A stretch of 41,941 nt of DNA, taken from contig NW_005434467.1 in NCBI RefSeq assembly GCF_000315625.1, positions 37,169 through 79,109 on the forward strand, in the 5' to 3' direction. The notes beneath the pieces were generated by a model that made no database searches, was not told the DNA's origin, and saw only the letters and a program-made list of their open reading frames with translations. Position 1 is the stretch's first letter, and every line of letters starts with the position of its first letter. A program made the translations under genes and the position numbers. Below, one piece after another: positions 10,901 to 21,846 of this stretch. The stretch is from Guillardia theta CCMP2712 (Eukaryota > Protista > Cryptophyta).

Positions 10901-13900
10901 GACGGGCTGACCGTCAACCAGGCACAGACCATGACTAGTGTAGGAGCGAGCAAGCCAGTCTTCCTTCCTCCCTCGACGTGGGGCTCCGGATATCTCAAGC
11001 CCGCATGGTTCAAAGGTACCTGCGCCTCAAGCAGAGCCTTGCACGGTATCTTCATGCTTGATGGTCAAAGGACAGGCGTCGAATGGATCGAGGTGTTGTC
11101 CCCCTCCACTAGTTGCAGCTCCAACGTCAACGTTATCATCTCCAGCCCTTCCAAGGATGCAGTAACCGACGCCTTGACAAACGATCCTGTCTGTCCCGAC
11201 GACTCCAGCCTGTGCACTCAGGCAACGGCTGTTGCGACGGTTAGCGGAGGCTCGATCACGGGCATTGCCCTGACAAACGGAGGGAGTGGATATTTCTTGG
11301 CGCCTACGGTGAGGCTGGTCAACTCAGACTCCAACACTCCTTGCGACGCCTTTGCGTCGCTCATCTGTCTCATAACTTTACAGCTCGACTGCAAGTGTCG
11401 CCGACTCAAACCTGATGATGTATCGGAGCGAAAGAGACCAGTACGACTCGCTCACTGGCTTGCACTCTGCTGTATTCTCCCCGGTATCTCTCCACAAGAA
11501 GCATGACGCAAGGAAGATAACCGCTGAGGTCGGCACAGGATACGTCGCTGCCATTGTCGTCACGTCGGTTCCCCCTGCCTCCTGTGCCGGCCCGATAGAA
11601 ATCGAGGCTCCGCCTTCAGGCAGGACCGCAAGGGCTCAGGCAGCAGCAGCTGCAGGCTTGTCGTTCATTCAGGTGATCGATGGAGGCTACGGCTACGAGT
11701 ATCCTCCCGCCGTCAGCTTTGCTTGCGGGCAAGGCGCTGCTCGCGCTATCCTAGGCTTCACTACCGCAGATGTTCACATGGCTGGAACCAGGGTCAACTC
11801 TTCTTACACGGGGCTACAACCTGCCCTGCTCTCAGCTGTCACGTCAGCACCAGCCTTTCAGACTACCGTGGACTCGCCGGTGGTGGTTGGCTTCAACAGC
11901 GTCTGCAGCAACGGGGCTACACTGACCTACTCCCGGGCCGGCAGCGGATGGAACAACTCGCGGGTGACTGGGATCAGCCTACCTGTCGGCATCAACCTCA
12001 ACGGGTTTGCCTTCGGCTTCACGTCCGTTACCATCAGCCCTTCTCCTGTCAACGCCCACGGGCTGGTCGACCCTGCAGCAGACGCTCTCGCAGTTCCCAC
12101 CTGGTCCTTTCCTGCCTCAGGATCAGTGCTTGTCAACGGAGTGGAGGGGGTGGTGCAGTCGCTGCCTGGCACCGGGTCAGGCAAGGGCGTGAATTCAATC
12201 ATTCTGTACGATGGGCCGAGCTCCAAGGTTGAGCTGACAACCTGCGACAAGGCCGTTCTTGTCTTCAACCCTCCACAACGTCCAGGAGGGAAGACCTTGA
12301 AAGTTCAACTGCTTCAACCCGCTGGCTCCAGCCTTCCCATCTACGTGATCGTGCAGCAGGGGCAGGGGTACGCCAACATCCCGATAGTCGTTGACATTGA
12401 CTTCGACGTCGGAGGCTCCGCCAAGAGCTACTCCAAGGACTTTGCTGACCTCTCAAGCAGCCAGCAGGCTACCTGCAGGCCCTCCTACTTTGCCTTCAAC
12501 ACAGCATACCAGGGCTACAACGTCTACTCGGCATTCGTCAGGTCCTCCAGCACTTCAGCACAGCCAACAGGCCTGACGCTAGATGGAGTGCTGATGACGC
12601 GGGAAGGGTACGGGTACGAGACTGCTCCTCCAGCCACCTTGAGCTGCAGCGGATGCTCCACCAGCCAGTGTGCTGATCAGTACGCGTCCTCCATCGCCAA
12701 TGACGTCTGCACGGCCTCTGCTCTCACCGTTGACGCTACGGTGAGCGGGGGATGCACGGGAGGCTGTCAACGGCAGGTGAATGTCAACGCTTTCTTCTCA
12801 CCCAACAACGGCAACGGAATGCAGATCTGCTCGCCTGCTGCTGGTGCCGGTGACTACCGTACACGCAAGACGCTCCAAATGCGCGTGTCCAACGGGCTAT
12901 CTGCCTTCTCAACCAACAACGTGTACACTGTTAGACGCAGCCAGGGCTTCCAAGGCGCGAAGGGCTCACTGATCTTCAAGATCACCGGCAACGGCGCCTT
13001 CTCCCTCTCGTCTCTCTGCGAGGTGCCACGAGTCATCGTGGAGCCTCCACCTAGCGGGGGGGTGCAGGCTCAGGTCAACCTTGACTACCTCGACACCTCT
13101 TACGACCCTTACACCAACAGACCGTCCGCAAGCTTGACAGCAGCCAGCAAGGGGTTTGCAGCTGAGAATGCAACGTACAGGTACCTGCTCAAGGTCGTCA
13201 ATGCAGGATCAGGGTACCTCAAACCTCCGAGCATCAGCATAGTCTCACCGTCGGGTCTGTTGCCTACCTGCCCTCCTCCCATAGTTGGCGCCTTCCCGAG
13301 GAACGGGCTGGTTGCGTCCAGGGTGGAGCTCATTCGAAACATTTCTCTCCCCGAAGCCAACCAGGGAAGTACTAAGGTCCAGCCGACGTGCAGCAGCGGA
13401 TCGTTCGTCGTCAAGTCACTTTGCCCAGGCTCCAAGCAGTGTACGAGCTCTTACTCGCGAGCAGAGCTGAACCCGCTCCCTTCCTGCTCGACGTCATCGC
13501 AGTGCGCCGGTTGCAGTACCTTCCCTTGTTCGTCCCATGCATGCGGGCCTGACAATTGTCCTTCTTACCTCTCGACGGTACTCGACGCTTCTCTTTCTGA
13601 CGTGGTGCCAGACGAAGCGCTCGCTGTGATCGGATGGGATGCTCGGGCCCAGCAGCCAGTCCTGCTCAACCAGGGCTTCGGGTTTTCTCCCAGCTCGCCT
13701 AACCCGCTCCGACTTGAGTTTCCCTCCGACTCAGGGCAGGCGTATCCCTGCGCGGAGATTCTTCTCTACCTCTCAGCTGGCTACAGCTCTGAGGCCCTTC
13801 AGCCAGGCCCTCTGCACTGGCCGGGCGACCNNNNNNNNNNNNNNNNNNNNNNNNNNNNNNNNNNNNNNNNNNNNNNNNNNNNNNNNNNNNNNNNNNNNNN

Positions 13901-16900
13901 NNNNNNNNNNNNNNNNNNNNNNNNNNNNNNTATGCTGGGGAGGTGACGGAGGTCGAATACTTGTTTCGACCTGGCTTCATCAATGCAATCTACGGCTCGT
14001 TCAGCAACTTCCCTGTGACTACGCTCATCTCTCTTAGAGATCAGTCAGCCCGCAGACTTTTGCAGGCCTCCAGCTCAGCTCTGCTGGGGGTTGTGTCAGC
14101 AGGAGGGTTCAAGGTCGGAGATTACATCCGACTGGCCGACGAGGTCATGCTAGTCAACGCGGTCAGCCAGCAGCAGAACACGCTGTCGGTCACCCGAGGA
14201 GCATTGAACACCAGCGTTGCTTCCTCCTTCGCTCTAGGAATCGTAGTCCGCACTTTCAACCCCGGCTCGGTGCTGCTGCAAGACGTCGCAAGCGACGCGA
14301 CGACCATTCAAGTATCGGAATCATCAGGGTTCAACTCGGACAGATACATCCAGGTAGAGCATGAGATCATGTACATCACCAGCGTCGACGCCTCGTCCAT
14401 GACCGTCCTGCGGGCTCAGGAAGGGACGCGTGCGAGCAGCCATGCCGCCTTCAAGCCAGTGGGCTACATCCGTCCTTCCCAGCAGTATCCTATCGTGCTG
14501 CTGGAGGCCGTCAGCGCCAGTCAGACGACTTTGTCCGTGTCTGACGGGAGTTTCTTCTATCCGGGCGCCTCCATCCAGGTGCTGAGCGAGACCATGGCGG
14601 TCACAGCTGTCTCAGGCGACACCCTGACTGTCCAGCGAGGTCAAGAGTCGACCTCACCTGCCGCGTATCCCAAGCAGGTGCTGGTGACGCTTGTGCAAGG
14701 CTCGGCAAGCGTTGTATCGGTTACCAGCAGCACGATACCTTCTATCAAAAGATCCTCCATGAATCTCCTGAGTTTAACTCAATCCACTGACGCCATTCTT
14801 AATGTGATGGACCCGGTGAAGAACACGTCATCGTCCGGCTTTCAACCTGGCGATTATGTGGGAATTTATAATGACTTCTATATCTTGAAGGAAGTGATGT
14901 TAGTGTTGAGTACTGAGACAGCTAGAGTATCAGATTATCTTTATCAGAATCTGACTGTTGCAAGAGCACAGTTTCAGACGACGGCCAGCTTGTTTTCCCC
15001 AGGACTCCCACTAACTCTCGTCTCAAGTCCGCGCATTGTGGAACAGATGCTAAGCAAGACGGATACAAACCCTGTCTTCTCCACATCCACAGATCTGCAA
15101 GCTGGAGACCTCCTGCGAGTCAGCTCAGCTTCAAATGAATGGCAGATTGAAGTGATGGAGTATCAGTCTGATGGGAGTGTACTTCGAGGATTGATCCCTG
15201 ATTACTTTGGCAGGTCGCAGGCATCATCCATATCAGCAGGAGCTCTTGTCCAGACCATTGCACAGCCTGCTTACTTGAGTCCTCCTTACTGCACTTCTAA
15301 GAGTGGTTCAGATTTGAACATGACGAGTGTCTCTAGCTTCGCTGTCGGCGACATAGTGTCGGATGGCATTGCGGTTTACAACGTGACAGCTATCAATGTT
15401 GGGTCAAGTCAGATGACCGTTGAAAGCCTTTATGTCTCAGGTGCTACTCCATTATGCTCGACCAAATTTGGTGATCCTCCTTCATACGTAGTCAAGACAG
15501 AGGGCCTGAGGGTCTTGAGTTCTGCTGTGAAAGTCGATCAAGGAAACTTTTTACAAGAATATCCGTTCTTGTTTTCAATCAACTTGCAGACCGTGGTCTC
15601 TGATTTCTATGCACCTGGAGACTTTGTTTGGATTGCTGACAAGAGCACGTCTCGTTCTGGCATTTTTGTAGTTGAGGATGTTGGAAACTACTCCCTGAAT
15701 GTCTCAGTTTTCTCATTGGATAAACAAGATGAACCTCAAATTAATTTTGGGATAGGCACAGCAGTTCTCTACAAGTACGAACGCTTCGATGTGATCAACG
15801 GTACTGCTCTCTCCCCAGGAGACATCGTGCTCTTCTCGTGGTTATTTCAGGGCGGAACAGGTCAAATCATTTCTGCCACTGAAAATGAAATTCGATTGAA
15901 AATCACTGGCGCAAGATATTATTTTCTCAAAACTCCTTCTAGATCATCTTTGTACTGGCGTATCAATGATTTGTGTAAGACCTTCCAGCTCCTCCCGGTG
16001 TCAAAGACGAGCTACGCCAGGTCAAAGCTTGCTCTCGCTATCAACTCCGAGGTCAACACTATGACTCTCTTTGACGCGTCCGGGTTTAGAGTGGGGGACA
16101 GCTTCACCGTCGACCAAGAGGTCATGACCATAGACAACCTCAACGGCAACCTCATCCAGGTCAAGCGCGCTCAGCGAGGCACCTCCGCTGCTTCTCATGC
16201 GCTGGACGCGCTTGTAGAATGGACGGCGCCGCTATCCGCTGCCGCTCCTCAAGTCTCGTCCGTGACCCCTTTGCTCCGACGTGACCAGCACTTGAGATAC
16301 ATCTCTCAGGTCGGCCCCATCACCCTTCCCAGCTCAATCCAGCAGCTCTCGAGCTATCAGAATGTATGGGCAGAGCTCGACGAGGAGATCATCTTGATCC
16401 GACAGCCCGCCTCAGGCATCGTCAAGGCGTCTGATCGGGGGCTGAGAGGAACAGCAGCGGCGGCGCACGTGAGCAACACGACCTACAACGTCCCCAACGC
16501 GTTCTTCTCCTGGCTCTTCTCCTTCAAGTCAAGCCTGCCAGGTGCATCAGGCTTCTCAGCTCTGCCCGTATACGACATGAACGCTGCTGGAGTCATCGCC
16601 TTGTCAGGGGTTCACGTGCTGTCGGGAGGTAGCAGGGTGACGAGCGAGCCGACTCTAGAACTCACCCTCAACCGCTTCATTGAGAACGAGGCCCGAGGAC
16701 AGTCGGTCGCAGGCCCTTCGTACTCATACCGCACCTTGATCCAGCAGACCTTCCTGCAGGTTGACCTGTCCGACAAGTTCACTGGGAGGCTCATAAGGCC
16801 GAGCCTCAACTACCCAGCTGCCTACCAACCTTGGAGGTTCCCAGCTGATCCTCTTTACTTCCAGGATAGGATGGACGGCTTTGATCCTGCCTCCGACAGC

Positions 16901-17539
16901 TCCATCCTGTCTCCTTCCCACAACAGCTCCAACGCCATCAACGGGAGCTCAGCTGACCCCTTCGAGCCAGGCTCACCTGTATTCGTGCTGGACTCCTTCG
17001 GTCACATGCTGGGTGATCAGGCGGTCCATCAGCAGAGCATCGTGGTATCGGATGGCATCACTTACTCCTACTCCATCAGCAGCAGGCCGTCCGTCCTCGA
17101 CTCGGTCTGGAGCAGCCCACTCTTGCTGATAGTCTCAACCTCCTCGCCTACATCCGTAGACCTGTTCCTCAATGACACGGTCGCTGGCGGGTACTCCAAT
17201 GGACAGCACACTGCTCTGCTGTCCTCCAGCACGAGAATGTTTGTCTGGAAGACGGATCCTCGCAAGCTCGCGGTGCTTGCAGGACCAGCAAGCTCAGCAG
17301 CCTCTTCGGCGAGCTTCACATCCTCAACACCAGCACCTGTGGTCAACGTCGGCGCCATCGTCGGCGGCGTGATCGGCGGCATCGTCGGAGCTGCTGGGCT
17401 CGGCATGCTGGCTTACAAGCTTTTCGCGCACAAGAAAGTCGCAAAGTCAGCGGATGTAGAGATGGCGCCGGTGTACGAATCTCAGGCGATCGCCTATCTC
17501 GTGCAGTACACTACACCACCTATAGAGAGCAGAACTTGA
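4875..17539 (+). CDS. Giant secreted / type I transmembrane surface glycoprotein (~4,100+ aa) with beta-rich repeats; spans ORFs 4907-11506, 11415-13830 and 13931-17539
   Basis: Probable ATG at 4875 spliced to an acceptor at 5062, giving the signal peptide VVVLILLLMSTASLAA. Three consecutive long same-strand ORFs share repeat motifs (I.QS...P...N.I.VTL; GSGY..AP.V; E.M.V....L.V.RG..GT.A..H). C-terminal TM helix VGAIVGGVIGGIVGAAGLGMLAY is followed by KLFAHKK. The joins (frame switch ~11350-11500, N gap 13831-13930) are inferred. Confidence 0.75.
4917..5021 (+). repeat. (GAT)n microsatellite with GGA interruptions
   Basis: Directly visible ~105-bp trinucleotide tract. Confidence 0.95.
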
Positions 17540-18319
17540 CTAGCGGGAGTCAAGAAGAGGTGATATGTTCTCATGATCCGGCAAGCTGTAGCTCCTGTAG
17601 TTTGCCTCTTTGACCTCGCCATGAGCGAGGAAGCTTTGAGTTGTTGAAATGAATTTATGATGTGTGAACACACGATGAGAAGCAAGAAGGAGAGAAAAGG
17701 GAGGAAAAGGGAGGAGAGCAGGTGTTGTACACCGGACCAAAGACTCATACCGCACACCGTGCCCGGCACGTTTAGGAAAATAGGTTTATGTCGTAGACGA
17801 CAGATGTAGTCTGTCGTGCCCGTTGTGTTCTAGTAACCGCAGCAGTGATTGCTGTGGTGCTCTCTCTCCTTCCCAAGGTTGTGTGTTCATCATGAGGAGA
17901 AGGACACGGCAGGGCAGGCAGCACAGGGGGAGGGAAGAGACGGAGGGGAGGAAGAGGATGCAAAGGTCAGAGGCAAATACAGCAGCGCAGGGTCAGGAAA
18001 AGAGACAAGCAAAAAAGGATGTAACACAGGTGTGTGAGAAAGGATAGGAGAAAACAGTTCCAGGCAATGCAGTGGATATACTATCTTCCTCATCAGTTGG
18101 AACGTCAAATGTTGACCCTTCAGCTCATCTATTACGATGCTTGGCTGTGAGATGTCTCGCAGGTTCGTTCAGTGCCGGGCCCCCAGCCTGACTGAGAAAG
18201 CTTCAGCCCCCTGCTCGACGCTCGTCTCACCGCCAGCTCTTGCCCCTAGCAGCACGAACAAGCTCTGTCCCTTCCCCGCCATCCCCGCCTCCCCTCCAGC
18301 TGCACCACGACCCTCCCCA

Positions 18320-21175
18320 TCACTCGGCATCGCGTCGCTCGAGCACGGACCTGAGCCGTCGGCCCGCCTCAGAAGCACGGGTGTCGGGGATGTTGGGAGG
18401 CAGGGCGGCGCCTCGGAGCCGTCGGATGCGTCGGATGTTGTACGAGTTGTCGCTAGCAAGGCTGCTCAGAGCCTCCATCGCGCTATCCTCCAACCAGCCG
18501 CTGCCCTCATGCCTTTGCATCGCCCTCACTACCGCCTCGATCGCTCCCGCCTCCCGCGCCCGCGCCTGGCTGTCTGCCATGCCTTCTGTCATGCTGCGCA
18601 AGGCCTTGCATGCATCACACTGTAGCCATCGGTCGCCTGCGTGTGTGACCATGGCGCTGACGACGGCCTCGATCGCTCCCGCCTCCCGCGCCCGCGCCTG
18701 GCTGTCCGCCATGCCCTCCGTCATGCTGCGCAAGGCCTTGCATGCATCACGCGGTATCCACCAGTCGTCCGCGTGCGTGGACATGGCGCTGACGACGGCC
18801 TCGATCGCTCCCGCCTCCCGCGCCCGCGCCTGGCTGTCAGCCATGCCCTTCGTCATGCTTTGAAGTGCTTTGCATGCTGACCATTGCAAGTAGGCCGAGC
18901 ACGCAGCCTGCTGTACCCCAGCGTCGTCCGCGTGCGTGGACATGGCGCTGACGACGGCCTCGATCGCTCCCGCCTCTCGTGCCCGCGCCTTGCTCTCTTT
19001 GATGCGGCTGACGGTATGTCTCAGGGCCCTGCACGCAGCCTGCTGTACGCTACCGTCGTCCGCGTGCCTGGACATCGCCCTCACTAACGCCTCGATCGCT
19101 CCCGCCTCGCGCGCCCGCGCCTGACTGTCTGCCATGCACTCCGTCATGCTCTCAAGTGCTTCACAGGAAGATCCTTGTACCCCAGCGTCTTCCGCGTGTC
19201 TGGTCATGGCGCTGACGACGGCCTCGATCGCTCCCGCCTGCATGGCCGGGAGCTTGTTCTGCTCGTGGCTCTCGGCTATCGCTGTCATCACCTCGCATAG
19301 ACCTTGCTGTATCTTTGCGTTGCTCTGGTGCCTGGACATGGCGCTGACGACGGCCTCGATCGCTCCCGCCTCTCGTGCCCGCGCCTGGCTCTCTTTGATG
19401 ACACTGATGGTATGTCTCAGGGCCCAGCACGCAGCCTGCTGTACCCCCGCGTCGACTGCGTGCCTGGACATGGCGCTGACGACGGCCTCGATCGCTCCCG
19501 CCTCTCGCGCCTGCGCCTGGCTCTCGTCCATGAAGCTGACAGTGAAGCGCAAGGCACAGCACGCAGCCTGCTGTACCCCTGCGTCGAATGCGTGCGTGGT
19601 CATGGCGCTGACGACGGCCTCGATCGCTCCCGCCTCTAGCGCCTTGACCTTGTCAGCCTCCCCGTGCTGAGCCATGCTGACCAAGGCTTCGCACGCAGCC
19701 TGCTGTACCTCCGCGAGAGCCTCGTACGTCCTCATCTCATGCATCACTGCCTCTATGCTGTCGTCAGCTCCCGTCCTCAGCAGCCTCCATGCCTCCCTTG
19801 CCGGCTGCTCCATCCCGACCGGCAGCGCCTGAGCTCCCGTCCTCAGCGAGCTGAGAGCGTCGCTGCCCGTGGACTCCAAGGCGATGCAAGCTGACTCTTG
19901 CAGCTCCACGAGCTCTGCGTACTTGCGCTTCCTGACTCTCCTCGCCACCGCCTCGATCCCTCCCCCCGCTGCCTCTCCGATCCTTCTCCATGCAGCTTCT
20001 GCCATGCTGCGTATGCCTCGGCATAGCGACTGGTTGCCGGCCCCTGCCCGCTGCTGTCCAGGCGTCCTGTCTGACCATGTCCATGCAGAAGCCCCCTCAT
20101 CCCCCTCGGCTCCGGCTCTTCCTACAGCTACCGCAAGCTCGGCGAACCTCGGGCGGTCCTCCTCCCTCGTCGCCCAGCAGCTCTCCAGCAGGGCCCACAA
20201 CCCGTCCGGGCATCCTCCGAGGAGGTGCTCTCGAGGCAGCCTCCCACCCCCGCACACGTACCCGATCACAGTCGGGTCCGTCATGGGGTAGTAGGGGGTC
20301 ATGCCCGAGGTCAGGATCTCCCAGCACGTGACCCCGTAGGCCCACACGTCGCTCTTCTCCGAGCACCGGCCTCTCTGCATCGACTCTGGGGGCATGTAGC
20401 GCACCGGCAGCGCTCGCCCCGCTACCCTCCCGTCACTCCCGTCCACCAGCTCCCCTGCCCGCCCGTACCCCGCCACCTTCACCGACGTCCTCCCCACGTC
20501 CTCCTTGTCGAAGCCCATGACCAGCACGTGCCGAGCCGCGAGGTCCCGGTGCACGACCCGCTGCTCAGCCAGGTGCTCCATGCCCTGCGCGATCTGCTCC
20601 ATCATCGCCGCCTGGTGCCCTCGCGTCACCTGCCCCGCCAGCCTCCCCAGCAGAGCCTCCTTCAGCGACCCCAGCTCGGCGAGCTCGGTCAGCAGCAGGG
20701 GACAGCCGTCGGCGTCGTGGCTCTGCCCCATGTAGCGTACAAGCCGAGGATGCGGCCCGAGCCTGAGCATGACCGCGGCTTGTCTGCCGCCGTCGTCTTG
20801 CGTGAGCTTGAGCACGGCTACCTTGATCTTGCCGGGCCCTGCTCTCCTCCCTTGCACGCGGAGGTGACCTATGTAGAGGGTCTGGGAGGAGCCTGCTGAG
20901 ATAGGCTGCCGCTCCATCTCCACGTCGTGGCTGGGGACGAGCAGCGCGTGTCGCTCCTGCCACTCCTGGATGGCGCTGCGGAGAGCGAGGTTGGGTACAA
21001 GGTGGTCGGAGGGGAGGAGGGCGCCGGTGAGGGGGCTGGAGAGACGATGGCGGAGCCAGGTCTCGATGGAGGATCTCTGGTAGGTGTGGCCATCGCAGCA
21101 GGTGACAGGGTCGGTCATGAGCGCCATGCTGATGGGGCAGATGAAGGACGGGAGCGCTCCCTTGTCCGCTGCCAT
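18320..21175 (-). CDS. U-box E3 ligase + tyrosine-kinase-like (pseudo)kinase + armadillo-repeat protein, copy 1 (951 aa)
   Basis: U-box: FICPISMALMTDPVTCCDGHTYQRSSIETWL...SPLTG...LVPNLALRSAIQEW. Kinase motifs: HRDLAAR, LPVRYMPPES, KSDVWAYGVTCWEI...TPY, CW...RPRF. Nine ~44-aa repeats of the form AREAGAIEAVVSAM..H..D..VQQAAC.AL. Confidence 0.9.
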   Translation of the reverse strand: MAADKGALPSFICPISMALMTDPVTCCDGHTYQRSSIETWLRHRLSSPLTGALLPSDHLVPNLALRSAIQEWQERHALLVPSHDVEMERQPISAGSSQTLYIGHLRVQGRRAGPGKIKVAVLKLTQDDGGRQAAVMLRLGPHPRLVRYMGQSHDADGCPLLLTELAELGSLKEALLGRLAGQVTRGHQAAMMEQIAQGMEHLAEQRVVHRDLAARHVLVMGFDKEDVGRTSVKVAGYGRAGELVDGSDGRVAGRALPVRYMPPESMQRGRCSEKSDVWAYGVTCWEILTSGMTPYYPMTDPTVIGYVCGGGRLPREHLLGGCPDGLWALLESCWATREEDRPRFAELAVAVGRAGAEGDEGASAWTWSDRTPGQQRAGAGNQSLCRGIRSMAEAAWRRIGEAAGGGIEAVARRVRKRKYAELVELQESACIALESTGSDALSSLRTGAQALPVGMEQPAREAWRLLRTGADDSIEAVMHEMRTYEALAEVQQAACEALVSMAQHGEADKVKALEAGAIEAVVSAMTTHAFDAGVQQAACCALRFTVSFMDESQAQAREAGAIEAVVSAMSRHAVDAGVQQAACWALRHTISVIKESQARAREAGAIEAVVSAMSRHQSNAKIQQGLCEVMTAIAESHEQNKLPAMQAGAIEAVVSAMTRHAEDAGVQGSSCEALESMTECMADSQARAREAGAIEALVRAMSRHADDGSVQQAACRALRHTVSRIKESKARAREAGAIEAVVSAMSTHADDAGVQQAACSAYLQWSACKALQSMTKGMADSQARAREAGAIEAVVSAMSTHADDWWIPRDACKALRSMTEGMADSQARAREAGAIEAVVSAMVTHAGDRWLQCDACKALRSMTEGMADSQARAREAGAIEAVVRAMQRHEGSGWLEDSAMEALSSLASDNSYNIRRIRRLRGAALPPNIPDTRASEAGRRLRSVLERRDAE

Positions 21176-21574
21176 GGCGGGGCCGAGGAGCGAGGGGAGG
21201 GGAGGGGAGGGGATAAAGGGGGTACGTGCAGCGAGGGTGCGAGGGGGTGCGAGGCCGGTCTAGGGAGGGGTAGGGGGTGGTACGAGGAGGGGAGAGGAGG
21301 GAGGAGGGGTGGTCCAAAAAAGAAAAGCTAATCCTACCAGCGGCTACGGGGGAAGTGTAAAACTAAAAAANNNNNNNNNNNNNNNNNNNNNNNNNNNNNN
21401 NNNNNNNNNNNNNNNNNNNNNNNNNNNNNNNNNNNNNNNNNNNNNNNNNNNNNNNNNNNNNNNNNNNNNNCCTTTTGTGTGCGATGGTACCTTCCGGGTA
21501 TGTGTTGTTGCTGCCTTCTGTGCATTTGGTACTGATGGTCTGAGGCGGGTGGCTTTCTACTGGCGAAGCGTTAT

Positions 21575-21838
21575 CTAGAGGGTGGGGGTGTGTCATCTAG
21601 GCGGTGGGGGGGCGAACTGTGTCAACGAGGGGGTGGGGGTGGAATCCTTTCGTAGGGGGTGGGGTGAAATCCTATTGAGAACTGTGTCATCTAGGGGGTG
21701 GGGGTGGAATGATTCGCTAGGGGGAGGGGGTGAAATCCTACCGAGAACTGTGTCATCTAGGGGGTGGGGGTGGAATCCTTCTCTAAGGGGTGGGGGTGGA
21801 ATCCTTCCGTAGGGGGTGGGGGTGGAATCCTACCGAGA
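21575..21838 (+). repeat. G-rich minisatellite (~39-40 bp unit, tctagggggtgggggtggaatcctaccgagaactgtgtca)
   Basis: Several imperfect tandem units with G5 runs; homologous array at 40688-40947. Confidence 0.8.
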
Positions 21839-21846
21839 AGACGGGC

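Noticed and set aside
18137-20899. Numerous plus-strand and alternate-frame ORFs overlapping the U-box gene (likewise at 23880-25101 and 36867-40367)
   Set aside because: These are shadow ORFs caused by high GC and tandem repeats of the real gene.
21575-21838. Telomeric repeat
   Set aside because: The unit is ~39 bp and complex rather than a short TTTAGGG-type repeat, and it is internal and duplicated with the genes.
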